Below, in pieces: positions 16,097 through 24,751 of a stretch of 64,000 bases of DNA (its first letter is position 1; each line of letters begins with the position of its first letter). Where the stretch lies: assembly GCA_903789495.1 (NCBI GenBank), contig CAIFEQ010000007.1, positions 2,414 to 66,413 on the forward strand. The letters are read 5' to 3'. The stretch comes from an uncultured Erysipelotrichaceae bacterium (GTDB lineage: Bacteria; Bacillota_I; Bacilli_A; Erysipelotrichales; Erysipelotrichaceae). A program made the translations under genes and the position numbers. A model generated the notes under the pieces. That model was given only the letters and a program-made list of their open reading frames with translations, made no database searches and had not been told where the DNA came from.

Positions 16097-17786
16097 CCTG
16101 TTCCTCTTCCTTCATGGCATTCTTCAGCCGGGTCAGGGCCACCTTGGAGCGGGCCGTGGTTTCGCCCAGCAGAGACGCGATCTCCTGGACCGAGCGCATC
16201 TGTTCATCGATGACCTGCTGGGTCACTTCCAGGGTGTCTTCCCGCATCTTCTTCAGAGTCTGTTCCCGGGCCTCCTGACTGGTGACATCCATCAGGATCA
16301 GCACGGTCATGTCCTGATCCGGCAGGTAGAAAATGGCATGCTCAATCAGTCTGCCATACTGCTCATAGTGTTCCCGCACATGCGTGGTCTTCCCCGCGGT
16401 CCGGGCTTCCTGCACGGCGGTCTGCAGCTTTTCGGAAGGCAGGACCGCTTCCAGCGGGAAACCGGTCGGGTCGATGCCCTGCAGCTGCAGCATCTTCCGG
16501 GCAGCCGGGTTCATGTCCCGTACGGTGCCGTCCCGGTTCAGGACGATGAAGCCGTTGGGGGTGTTCTCCATGATCACGCTGGAGATGGATTCTGCCCGTT
16601 CCAGGGCCATCGGCAGACAGATATGCGGATCGGCCTGACCGGCCAGGACGGCAATGGCCTTCTCGCGGCAGGTCTCGTAGCCGCAGGCGCCGCAGTCATG
16701 GAACTGCGCCGGGCTGATCTTGCCTTCCCGGATCAGTTCAGCCTGGATCTCTTCCTCGCTGTAGTGAGGATGATAGGCCGGATGAGGCTGCCAGGCAGCC
16801 TGGGTCAGGGCATCGGCAGGACGGGCCTGCGCGGGACGCTTCAGGTCCACATTCTCGCGGATGATGGACTGGCCGAGCCATTCATTATGCTCAAAATGCG
16901 ACAGCAGCGGTCCGCCCATGCAGGAGCCTTCGCAGAACGTGGTCTCGATGAAGTAGCCGTTCAGGTGGCCTTCCCGCAGGGCATTAAGGAGCTTGCGGAT
17001 CCGCTGGTTGCCTTCGATATGGATGTATTTGTAGGTGCTGTTGTCCGCCAGGGTGCTTAAGACGCCGCCCGGGGTGGGATAGAGACGGGCAATCGAACCG
17101 GCAAAGTCCTGCCAGTCGGCTTCTTCCTCTTCTTCCAGCGTGGTGCCCAGCCAGTCGTAGAGTTCCTGCATGGAGATGCAGGCATCGACGGCATCCGCAA
17201 AGCGGGGATCCCGGATTTCCTTATATTTCGCGATGCAGGGCGACAGGAAGACGACTTTGGCGCCCGGATAGCGCTGGCGCAGATCCCGCCCGTGGGCAAT
17301 CAGGGGCGAGACGACGGGCGCCATCAGGGGCACCAGATCGGGATATTCCTTTTCGATCAGGGTGTTGACCGCCGGGCAGCAGGTGGTGATGATGTTGGGC
17401 ATCTGATGCTGTTCAATCAGGGCTTCATAGGCTTGGGAGACCCGATAGGCCCCATGGGCGGTTTCCTCCACCGCCGCAAAGCCGCGGCCTTTCAGGATGC
17501 GGCTCAGGGCCTCAAAACGCGGCCAGACCGAGACAAAGCTGGGGGCAGCGGACAGGACGACCTGTTCCCCGTCGGCCAGCCATTTCCTGACCTGGGCAAA
17601 GTCGGAACGGATGCTCTTGGCCTCATGCGGGCAGACCCGGTAGCACTGGCCGCAGAGGATGCAGGTATCCTCCTGAATGACCGGCTGCAGATGGATATAG
17701 GTCATGGCTTTGGTCGGGCAGGCCCGCACACAGCGCATGCAGCTGCGGCAGGAGGACTCAACCAGCCGGATATAGGATTCGCTCAT
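16086..17786 (-). CDS. Putative sensory [FeFe]-hydrogenase (HydS / group C type) with a PAS domain
   Basis: Two N-terminal 4Fe-4S motifs (CRSCMRCVRACP, CILCGQCYRVCP). H-cluster motifs ITTCCPAV, LSPCIAKYKE, ETTFCEGSCMGGP. Then CGACGYETC, a PAS-like segment (VIMENTPNGFIVLNRDGTVRDMNPAARKML) and a coiled-coil tail. Confidence 0.85.
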   Translation of the reverse strand: MSESYIRLVESSCRSCMRCVRACPTKAMTYIHLQPVIQEDTCILCGQCYRVCPHEAKSIRSDFAQVRKWLADGEQVVLSAAPSFVSVWPRFEALSRILKGRGFAAVEETAHGAYRVSQAYEALIEQHQMPNIITTCCPAVNTLIEKEYPDLVPLMAPVVSPLIAHGRDLRQRYPGAKVVFLSPCIAKYKEIRDPRFADAVDACISMQELYDWLGTTLEEEEEADWQDFAGSIARLYPTPGGVLSTLADNSTYKYIHIEGNQRIRKLLNALREGHLNGYFIETTFCEGSCMGGPLLSHFEHNEWLGQSIIRENVDLKRPAQARPADALTQAAWQPHPAYHPHYSEEEIQAELIREGKISPAQFHDCGACGYETCREKAIAVLAGQADPHICLPMALERAESISSVIMENTPNGFIVLNRDGTVRDMNPAARKMLQLQGIDPTGFPLEAVLPSEKLQTAVQEARTAGKTTHVREHYEQYGRLIEHAIFYLPDQDMTVLILMDVTSQEAREQTLKKMREDTLEVTQQVIDEQMRSVQEIASLLGETTARSKVALTRLKNAMKEEEQDEQ

Positions 17787-17886
17787 GGCAGCACTCCTTT
17801 TGCGTTCTGGCCCGATTATACCATGTTCTTTCCGGCCGCATGGCGCAGGGAGAAAAGGGATTGGCGCCGCCGTTTCCGGCCGGCTA

Positions 17887-17922
17887 TGCTATCATGATAA
17901 AGAAGAGATGTAAGCGGATACT
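17887..17922 (+). promoter_or_regulatory. pckA promoter (extended -10 TGCTATCAT) with a cre-like CcpA operator just downstream
   Basis: TGCTATCAT at 17887-17895. ATGTAAGCGGATACT at 17908-17922 fits WTGNAANCGNWNNCW at every constrained position. Confidence 0.45.
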
Positions 17923-18023
17923 TTTTCCGTCCCTGCCGAGGGTCTCTGATGCAGTTTCGGCAGCTTTCCATCTTCTTATACGAGTCTGTGTGGGTGGAAA
18001 TAAGAGAAGCGGAGGTAATGAAC

Positions 18024-19598
18024 ATGAGCTTTTTGGAAGAAATTGAAGCCGGCAGAGTCAACACTGATCTGAGCATCCCGAAATTGGTTGAAGCGGCACT
18101 GGCCAGAAAAGAAGGAGTTCTGTCCAGCACCGGAGCATTGACGGTCTATACCGGTGCCTATACAGGCCGGGCCGCCAAGGATAAGTTCTTCGTGGATGTT
18201 CCGGCAATTCATGATGACATTGCCTGGGGCAGCAACAACCAGCCGATCAGCCGGGAAGCCTTCGAGCAGGTGAAGAAGAAGACCCTGGCCTATCTCAAGG
18301 GCAAGGAAATCTTTGTCCTGAATGCCAGAGCCGGTGCCGATCCGGCCTATGCGATGAAGTTCCGGGTCATTACGGAACTGGCCTCGTCGAGTCTGTTTGC
18401 CACGCAGCTGCTGATCCGTCTGAGCAAGGAGGAGAAGGCAGCGTACGGAGAACCGGACTTCACCGTCGTGGACTGCCCGAATCTCAAGATGGAAGGCGCC
18501 AAGGACGGGGTACGCAGTGACTGCTGCGTCCTGGTGGATCTGGAACAGCATCTGGTGCTGATCAACGGCACCCGCTATGCCGGCGAGATCAAGAAGGCCA
18601 TCTTCACGGTCATGAACTACTACATGCCCAAGAAGGGCGTGCTTCCCATGCATGCAAGTGCCAACCAGGATCCGGTATCCCATGAGTCGGCGATCTTCTT
18701 CGGTCTGTCCGGCACCGGCAAGACCACGCTGTCCGCGGATCCGGAACGCGGCCTGATCGGTGATGATGAACACGGCTGGTCGGACAAGGGCATCTTCAAC
18801 TTCGAGGGCGGCTGCTATGCCAAGTGCATCGATCTGGATGAGGCCAAGGAGCCGGAAATCTACCATGCCATCCGCTATGGCGCGCTGCTGGAGAACGTCG
18901 TGCTGGACGAAGAAACCCGCGAGCCGGACTATACGGATCGTACCTATACCGAGAATACCCGTTCGGGCTATCCGATTGAGCATATCTCCAACGCCGTCAT
19001 TCCGAGTGTCGGCGGGATTCCCAAGGCCGTGATCTTCCTGACGGCTGATGCCTTCGGCGTTCTGCCGCCGATCAGCCGGCTGAGCCGGGAAGCTGCCATG
19101 TATCAGTTCGTCTCCGGCTTCACCTCCAAGGTCGCCGGGACGGAAGTCGGCATCAAGGAACCGGTTCCGACCTTCTCCACCCTGTTCGGCGAGCCGTTCA
19201 TGCCGCGGCCGGCAGAACTCTATGCCAAGATGCTGGGCGATAAGCTCGACAAGTACGGCACCCGTGTGTACCTGATCAACACCGGCTGGACCGGCGGCCC
19301 TTACGGCACCGGCAGCCGGATGAAGCTGGCCTATACCAGAGCCATGGTCCGGGCTGCCCTGACCGGCCGGATCAACGATGCGGAATTCACGTATGACAAG
19401 CGCTTCAACGTCTGCGTGCCGGATCACATCGAGAATGTGCCGGATGAGGTCCTGAATCCGCGCAACACCTGGGCGGACAAGGATGCCTACGACAAGCAGG
19501 CCGACCGTCTGGCGGAAATGTTCCAGAACAACTTCGCGCAGAAGTATCAGGACATGGACGCCGATATCGTCGCCGCCGGTCCGAAGCCTCTGAAGTAA
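18024..19598 (+). CDS. pckA: Phosphoenolpyruvate carboxykinase (ATP)
   Basis: GLSGTGKTTLS kinase-1a motif, GDDEHGW, FNFEGGCYAK, YLINTGWTGG. SD GGAGG sits 8 nt before ATG 18024 (alternative ATG at 18018). Confidence 0.95.
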   Translation: MSFLEEIEAGRVNTDLSIPKLVEAALARKEGVLSSTGALTVYTGAYTGRAAKDKFFVDVPAIHDDIAWGSNNQPISREAFEQVKKKTLAYLKGKEIFVLNARAGADPAYAMKFRVITELASSSLFATQLLIRLSKEEKAAYGEPDFTVVDCPNLKMEGAKDGVRSDCCVLVDLEQHLVLINGTRYAGEIKKAIFTVMNYYMPKKGVLPMHASANQDPVSHESAIFFGLSGTGKTTLSADPERGLIGDDEHGWSDKGIFNFEGGCYAKCIDLDEAKEPEIYHAIRYGALLENVVLDEETREPDYTDRTYTENTRSGYPIEHISNAVIPSVGGIPKAVIFLTADAFGVLPPISRLSREAAMYQFVSGFTSKVAGTEVGIKEPVPTFSTLFGEPFMPRPAELYAKMLGDKLDKYGTRVYLINTGWTGGPYGTGSRMKLAYTRAMVRAALTGRINDAEFTYDKRFNVCVPDHIENVPDEVLNPRNTWADKDAYDKQADRLAEMFQNNFAQKYQDMDADIVAAGPKPLK

Positions 19599-19694
19599 GA
19601 GCAGAAGGAAAGAGAAGGCAGGTTCTGCAGCGCGGAATCTGCCTTTTTCAGACACATTTGTTTATACTGAAAGCAGGACGGAGGCGGGGAACAC

Positions 19695-20273
19695 ATGAAG
19701 TATTACAACCAGAAAGATTATCCCGATGAGCCCTATCACACCAATATGGCGCATGGCGGGGCAGGGCAGTATGCCAATATCGCCGCGGCCGGCTGCGGGC
19801 TCTGCAGTGCCTGCATGATCGTGGACAACATGACCATGCAGGATCTGCCGCTGCTGGAGTGCCGGGATCTGGCGGAACAGATCCAGGCCAATCAGGACAT
19901 GGGCACGGACATGAAGGTGCTGGGCCCGGCGGTTGCCGAAAAGTACGGCCTGCTCTATGACACGACCAGCGATCTGGACGTGCTGAAGAAGCACCTGCAG
20001 GCCGGCGGGATGGCCATCGCCAATGCCGGCGGCGACCGGGAAGGCTATATCGGTCTGCTGTCGCACGGCGGGCATTTCGTGACCGTGGTCTCGGTGGACG
20101 GGGATACCTACTGCATCCTGGATCCCTCCTGGACCAGAGACAAGTACGCGGAAGAAGGCCGGCAGGGCAAGGTGAAGGAGCACTATCCCTTCATCTATGT
20201 CCAGGGCGCCGATCTGGCACAGGACTGCGCCAACCGGGAGCCGTCCTTCTATCTGTTCCGGAGAGCCGAATGA
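19695..20273 (+). CDS. Papain-fold (C39-like) cysteine peptidase domain protein
   Basis: AAAGCGLCSACMIV (candidate nucleophile Cys) and LLSHGGHFVTVVSVDGD (candidate His). The pattern resembles the peptidase_C39_2 family. Confidence 0.55.
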   Translation: MKYYNQKDYPDEPYHTNMAHGGAGQYANIAAAGCGLCSACMIVDNMTMQDLPLLECRDLAEQIQANQDMGTDMKVLGPAVAEKYGLLYDTTSDLDVLKKHLQAGGMAIANAGGDREGYIGLLSHGGHFVTVVSVDGDTYCILDPSWTRDKYAEEGRQGKVKEHYPFIYVQGADLAQDCANREPSFYLFRRAE

Positions 20274-20698
20274 GCCGGAAGAACATCCTGATCGTGGATG
20301 CCCAGGGCGGCGGCATCGGGCGTCAGCTGATTGCCGCGCTGAAGAACCTGCACCTGGAGGCGCAGATCACGGCCGTCGGCACGAATGCGGCGGCTACCGG
20401 GGCCATGATCAGGGCCGGCGCGGACCGCTCGGCCACCGGGGAGAATGCGGTCTGCATCTGTGCCGGTCAGGCCGACATCATCGCCGGGGCAATCGGCATC
20501 GCCCTGCCCGATGCCATGCTGGGAGAGATCACGCCGGCCATGGCAGAAGCCGTCGGGCGCTCGCCGGCCGTCAAGGTGCTGATCCCGTTCCGCACCTGTT
20601 CCTATCTCATCGTCGGCACTTCCGATGCCTCGATGAGCAGTCTGATCGAAGAGGCAGCCGAAAGAATCGCCAGGCTCTGTCAGAGCAGCGGTCAATGA
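20270..20698 (+). CDS. DUF3842-like protein
   Basis: MSRKNILIVDAQGGGIGRQLIAAL...AVGTNAAATGAMIRAGA...GENAV, recalled from memory as the DUF3842 pattern. ATGA overlaps the upstream gene. Confidence 0.55.
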   Translation: MSRKNILIVDAQGGGIGRQLIAALKNLHLEAQITAVGTNAAATGAMIRAGADRSATGENAVCICAGQADIIAGAIGIALPDAMLGEITPAMAEAVGRSPAVKVLIPFRTCSYLIVGTSDASMSSLIEEAAERIARLCQSSGQ

Positions 20699-20852
20699 GG
20701 TCTGCCGGGAAAAGCATGAAGCTTTTCTGCTTTGCTTTACAGTACTGATTCAGATAAATCCGTATCGTCATGCCTGCAGAACATGCAGGCATCTTCTCCG
20801 AAGAGAAGGCAGACAGCGGTTCAAGCAAGGTTGAGGAAGAGAGGAATTCAGA

Positions 20853-21380
20853 ATGAAATCATCTGCGAAAAACCTTGTGCTGGCTGCCATGTTTCTGGCG
20901 CTGGCCATGGTTCTGCCGTTTCTGGTCATGCAGCTGCCGACACTGGGGCAGATGCTGCTGCCGATGCACTATGCTGCGTTTCTGGCCGGCTTTGTCTGCA
21001 GTCCGGGCTATGCCGCTGCGGTGGGCTTCATTGCCCCGCTGCTGCGCAGTGCCCTGTTCGGGATGCCGCCGATGTTTCCGACGGCGCTGGCCATGGCCTT
21101 TGAATTATGCACCTATGCCCTGGTGACATCGCTGGTCTTCCACAGGAAGAAAACACACAGCATGGGAACGATCTACGTGACGCTGCTGAGTGCCATGCTG
21201 GCCGGACGGCTGGTCTGGGGGATCGTGATGGCGGCCCTGATGGGCTTAAGCGGGAATGCGTTTACATTCCAGGCTTTCCTGGCCGGTGCCTTTACGAGTG
21301 CCCTGCCGGGTATCATCATTCAGCTGATTCTGATCCCGCTGATTGTGCGGGCCCTGCAGGCCGGTCATCTGCTTCACTGA
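20853..21380 (+). CDS. ECF transporter S component (substrate unknown)
   Basis: Six-TM protein of 175 aa: NLVLAAMFLALAMVLPFLV...LLPMHYAAFLAGFV...LLRSALFGMPPMFPTALAMAFEL, typical of the ECF_trnsprt family. SD GAGGAAGAGAGG. Confidence 0.75.
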   Translation: MKSSAKNLVLAAMFLALAMVLPFLVMQLPTLGQMLLPMHYAAFLAGFVCSPGYAAAVGFIAPLLRSALFGMPPMFPTALAMAFELCTYALVTSLVFHRKKTHSMGTIYVTLLSAMLAGRLVWGIVMAALMGLSGNAFTFQAFLAGAFTSALPGIIIQLILIPLIVRALQAGHLLH

Positions 21381-21523
21381 AAATTTACCTGATGCCTCTT
21401 TCTCCGGACATGCCGCATGGGTTATAATCGCGGTGTCTGCGAGAGGGGGCTTTTTTTCTGACAGAGACAGACAGAGACGAACGGCAGCAGTATCTGCATG
21501 AACTGCTGAACCTGGCCGAGAAC

Positions 21524-22228
21524 ATGCTGCTGTGCGGGGCGGAGGTCCACCGGGTGGAAGATACGCTCTGCCGCATGGGCAGGGCAGTCGGGGCTGAGAA
21601 AGTCAATGCTTTTGTCATTACCAGTTCCATGGTGCTGACCCTGACCTTTGCGGACGGGCAGAATCTGACGGAAACCAGACGCATTACCACCTCGCCCAGC
21701 AACGCCTTCGACCGGCTGGAACGCTATAACGCCATCAGCCGGCATTTCTGCCGGCAGCCGGTTCCGGCCGGGGAACTGCATGAGCAGATTCTTCAGGTCC
21801 AGGCTCAGACACCGGATCAGCCCTGGCGGGATTATGTCGGCTCCATGGTTGCGGCGGGCCCGCTGGCGGTATTCTTCGGCGGCACCGTGATCGACGGCAT
21901 CTTTGCGGCGCTTTTCGGCAACCTGATTGCCCTGGCCTCACGGCACTTCCGGAAGTACTGCCCCAATACGGTGACCTTCAATTTCCTGCTCTGCTTTGCC
22001 TTGGGCATCCTGATCTGCCTGTGCGGCAGAGTGATGCCCTTTCTGCATATCGACAAGATCATGATCGGCGACATCATGCTGGTAATTCCGGGGATTGCCG
22101 TGACCATCTCGGTTCGGGATGTGCTGGTCGGCGATACCATCTCCGGTGCCCTGCGCCTGCTGGAATCGGTGCTCTGGGCAGCGGGAATCGTCTACGGATT
22201 CATGCTGGCAATCCGGATTGCGGGGTGA
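21524..22228 (+). CDS. Threonine/serine exporter family protein (ThrE / YjjP-like, DUF1212)
   Basis: GAEVHRVEDTLCRMG and GDIMLVIPGIAVTISVRDVLVGD motifs. The family N-terminus (LTETDRDERQQYLHELLNLAEN) continues upstream of the first ATG, so a CTG start at 21458 behind SD GAGAGGGGG is possible. Confidence 0.8.
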   Translation: MLLCGAEVHRVEDTLCRMGRAVGAEKVNAFVITSSMVLTLTFADGQNLTETRRITTSPSNAFDRLERYNAISRHFCRQPVPAGELHEQILQVQAQTPDQPWRDYVGSMVAAGPLAVFFGGTVIDGIFAALFGNLIALASRHFRKYCPNTVTFNFLLCFALGILICLCGRVMPFLHIDKIMIGDIMLVIPGIAVTISVRDVLVGDTISGALRLLESVLWAAGIVYGFMLAIRIAG

Positions 22229-22233
22229 GCGCG

Positions 22234-22686
22234 ATGAGACAGGCCTGGATTCAGCTGTTTACCGGCGCCCTCGGTTCCGTCGGCTTCGCCATTCTCTTTC
22301 ATCTGCGGGCATCCTTCCTGTACCTGGCGGCCATCGGCGGCTTCTGCAGCTGGGGCATCTATCTGCTGGGCATTCATTACGGCGCCGGGGTCTTCCTGTC
22401 CTGTTTCCTGGCCGCGGCCTTTGCGGCCCTGTATTCCGAAGGGCTGGCCCGCTATCAGAAAGCCCCCGCCATTCTGTTCTTCATCCCGACCATCATTCCG
22501 CTGGTTCCCGGCAGCAATCTCTACTATGCCCTGGACGGCCTGGCCCGCTTTGATCAGGCCACGGCGCAGGAAAACCTGATCCTGCTGGGAGAATATGCCA
22601 TGGGGATTGCTTTAGGCATCTCGGTGGTCTGGGCCCTGCTGGCCATCTTCCGCAGCATCCGCACGCATGGCCGGGAATCTTACTGA
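22234..22686 (+). CDS. Threonine/serine exporter family protein, second subunit (YjjB-like, DUF3815)
   Basis: MRQAWIQLFTGALGSVGFAILF...IIPLVPGSNLYYAL. Starts 5 nt after the upstream partner. Confidence 0.8.
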   Translation: MRQAWIQLFTGALGSVGFAILFHLRASFLYLAAIGGFCSWGIYLLGIHYGAGVFLSCFLAAAFAALYSEGLARYQKAPAILFFIPTIIPLVPGSNLYYALDGLARFDQATAQENLILLGEYAMGIALGISVVWALLAIFRSIRTHGRESY

Positions 22687-22715
22687 AAAGTGTATAATGA
22701 ACTCTGGAGGTCACT

Positions 22716-22973
22716 ATGGAACAGCTGGAATACCGGTTTGATACACAGCTTCTGATCGAAGGCGAAAACCTGAATGAAGATGTCATTCATGATTACATTG
22801 ATTCCCATTTCAAGGGCGACTGCCTGCTGGTGGTCGGGGATGAGACCCTGATCAAGATTCACTTTCATACCAACGAGCCCTGGAAGATCCTGGAATACGG
22901 GCAGTCGATCGGCGACATCTATGATGTGGTCGTCGAAAACATGCAGCGCCAGGAAGAAGGCAAGCAGGGCTGA
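22716..22973 (+). CDS. Small stand-alone protein resembling the central domain of FakA/YloV (DAK2-associated)
   Basis: GDCLLVVGDETLIKIHFHTNEPWKILEYGQSIGDIYDVVVENMQRQ parallels the GDS..VV.D...KVHVHT..P......G.L..I.I.NM..Q segment of fatty acid kinase A. Confidence 0.6.
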   Translation: MEQLEYRFDTQLLIEGENLNEDVIHDYIDSHFKGDCLLVVGDETLIKIHFHTNEPWKILEYGQSIGDIYDVVVENMQRQEEGKQG

Positions 22974-22974
22974 C

Positions 22975-22999
22975 AAAAAAACAGCAGAAGTTCTGCTGT
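22975..22999 (-). terminator. Intrinsic terminator for the nitroreductase gene
   Basis: Minus strand: ACAGCAG-aactt-CTGCTGT followed by TTTTTTT. Confidence 0.7.
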
Positions 23000-23004
23000 C
23001 GGGA

Positions 23005-23032
23005 ACAGATGCCATGTGACATCTGTTTTTTT
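23005..23032 (+). terminator. Intrinsic terminator for the small FakA-like gene
   Basis: ACAGATG-ccatgtga-CATCTGT followed by TTTTTT. Confidence 0.75.
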
Positions 23033-23057
23033 GTACCTCTGCATACAGCCGGAAGGG

Positions 23058-23717
23058 CTAGCGCCAGACGGTATGGTCTTTGCCCGAGCCCAGTTCAAAA
23101 TGGTATTTGACAATGCCCAGATCCGTGGCGGCATAGAAACCCAGGCCGGCCCTGGCCGTGACCTGCTCCCCCTGGCGGGTGAAATGGAACTTCTGCTGGT
23201 TGACGGCAGTCGGGGCCAGCAGGGCTGCCTCGATGCCTTTCCGGTACCACTCGGGATCGCCCTCTTTCCAGTCGCTGACGTCCTCGATCCTTCTGCTCTT
23301 ATGCGGCGTACCCTGGGTTTCACCGTAGCCTAAGGCAATGACCATGTACCGCTTCTCGCCGGGCTTCAGTTCTTCCCGGGTTCTGCTTTTCTTATAGGTC
23401 AGTGCCACCCAGCAGGAATTGATGCCAAGGGACTGTGCTTTAAGTACCAGCTGTTCGCCATAGTAGCCGATGGCTTCGTCTCGGCCTGGCGGACCGGCCA
23501 TCACCAGATAATTCCGGCAGCCTTTGAAGGAACCGTAGTGTGCCTTGCCAGCCTGAAAGGCTTCCGGTTCATCCGTCACCAGCTGAATGTGTAGGCCGCT
23601 TTTCTGATTCACCGCAGTAATGGCTTCCTGCAGCTGCTGCACGGCACTTTCTTCCAGCGGGCGGTCGGTAAACTGCCGGACAGAATGTCTCTGTTTCATG
23701 AGTTCAGCGGTATCCAT
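23058..23717 (-). CDS. Nitroreductase family protein
   Basis: MDTAELMKQRHSVRQFTDRPLEE (the RHSVR.F motif) and a size of 219 aa. Confidence 0.85.
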   Translation of the reverse strand: MDTAELMKQRHSVRQFTDRPLEESAVQQLQEAITAVNQKSGLHIQLVTDEPEAFQAGKAHYGSFKGCRNYLVMAGPPGRDEAIGYYGEQLVLKAQSLGINSCWVALTYKKSRTREELKPGEKRYMVIALGYGETQGTPHKSRRIEDVSDWKEGDPEWYRKGIEAALLAPTAVNQQKFHFTRQGEQVTARAGLGFYAATDLGIVKYHFELGSGKDHTVWR

Positions 23718-23771
23718 GGTGTTTTCCCTTCTTTCCGATTTCCTGGCGGATCTTTTCCCGGCCGGGGTTGC

Positions 23772-24695
23772 TTACTGAGCTGACAGATAGAGATTGCAGG
23801 CAAAGAGGATCAGGCAGATCACGATGCTTGCCGTGCTCAGCAGGATCTTCCAGAGATAGCGGTCCGTGTGGGTCAGAACGGCCAGCGAGGTCCGCCTGCC
23901 GCCGGAAAAGACGGAGAGACCGGTCAGGATGTAGATGACCACAATGACGATGGTCAGCAGCAGCAGGTAGCGGTCGGAGAAATTATCCAGGCACCACAGG
24001 ATCAGGTTCAGACCGATATGCATGAAGATGCCGGGCCGGATGGAATGATAGCGCAGCGTTTCATGAGCCAGATACCAGCCGGCAAAGAAGGCCGGAATGG
24101 CTTCGGCCAGACTGGGCTGGGCAATGGCATACAGGAAGGCCGAGGCCAGCACGCCGAAGTAGCGGCTGTAGTGCCCCAGCTGCCGCTGAATGATGCCCCG
24201 GAAGATATATTCTTCCACGGCCGGCACCAGCAGGACATAGGCGATGAAGTAAAGGACATTCTTGATGAGACCGGCCCGGGAATTATAGGTGCCCAGATAG
24301 CTGTAGGTCGGTCCGTTGATGTGCAGGACCGAGCAGAACAGCGAAGAGATCGACAGGGCAATCAGGTAGACAGCAATGCACTGCGAGGTCAGCACCAGCA
24401 GCCTGGCCAGGCGGAGTTTCGGTTTCTTCAGATAATCCCGGATCGGCAGCTGCAGGGCATGCCCGGCAATCGCAAAGGCACCCAGCCCGCAGACCAGCAC
24501 CAGAATGTAGGTGAGCGCCAGGATGACATAGTCCATGTCCAGGGTGCCGAAGTAAGACGAAAACCTTTCCTGGAAGGCATCGGTGCCATACTGCAGGAAG
24601 GAAATCGTCAGCACATAGAGGATCAGAGCCCGGCCGAAGTGATTGATCTGCTTACGGGCCTGCTTTTTGGTAATAACCTGATACTGCTGTGACAT
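23772..24695 (-). CDS. CPBP-family intramembrane glutamic endopeptidase (CAAX protease-like)
   Basis: Multi-TM protein with EEYIFRGIIQ (EExxxR), FLYAIAQ and FMHIGLN motifs. Confidence 0.85.
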   Translation of the reverse strand: MSQQYQVITKKQARKQINHFGRALILYVLTISFLQYGTDAFQERFSSYFGTLDMDYVILALTYILVLVCGLGAFAIAGHALQLPIRDYLKKPKLRLARLLVLTSQCIAVYLIALSISSLFCSVLHINGPTYSYLGTYNSRAGLIKNVLYFIAYVLLVPAVEEYIFRGIIQRQLGHYSRYFGVLASAFLYAIAQPSLAEAIPAFFAGWYLAHETLRYHSIRPGIFMHIGLNLILWCLDNFSDRYLLLLTIVIVVIYILTGLSVFSGGRRTSLAVLTHTDRYLWKILLSTASIVICLILFACNLYLSAQ

Positions 24696-24751
24696 CCGGA
24701 TCCTTAAACCCCCGAAGGGGTCAGTGTGCAGTCATTATACCATGATTCGCT

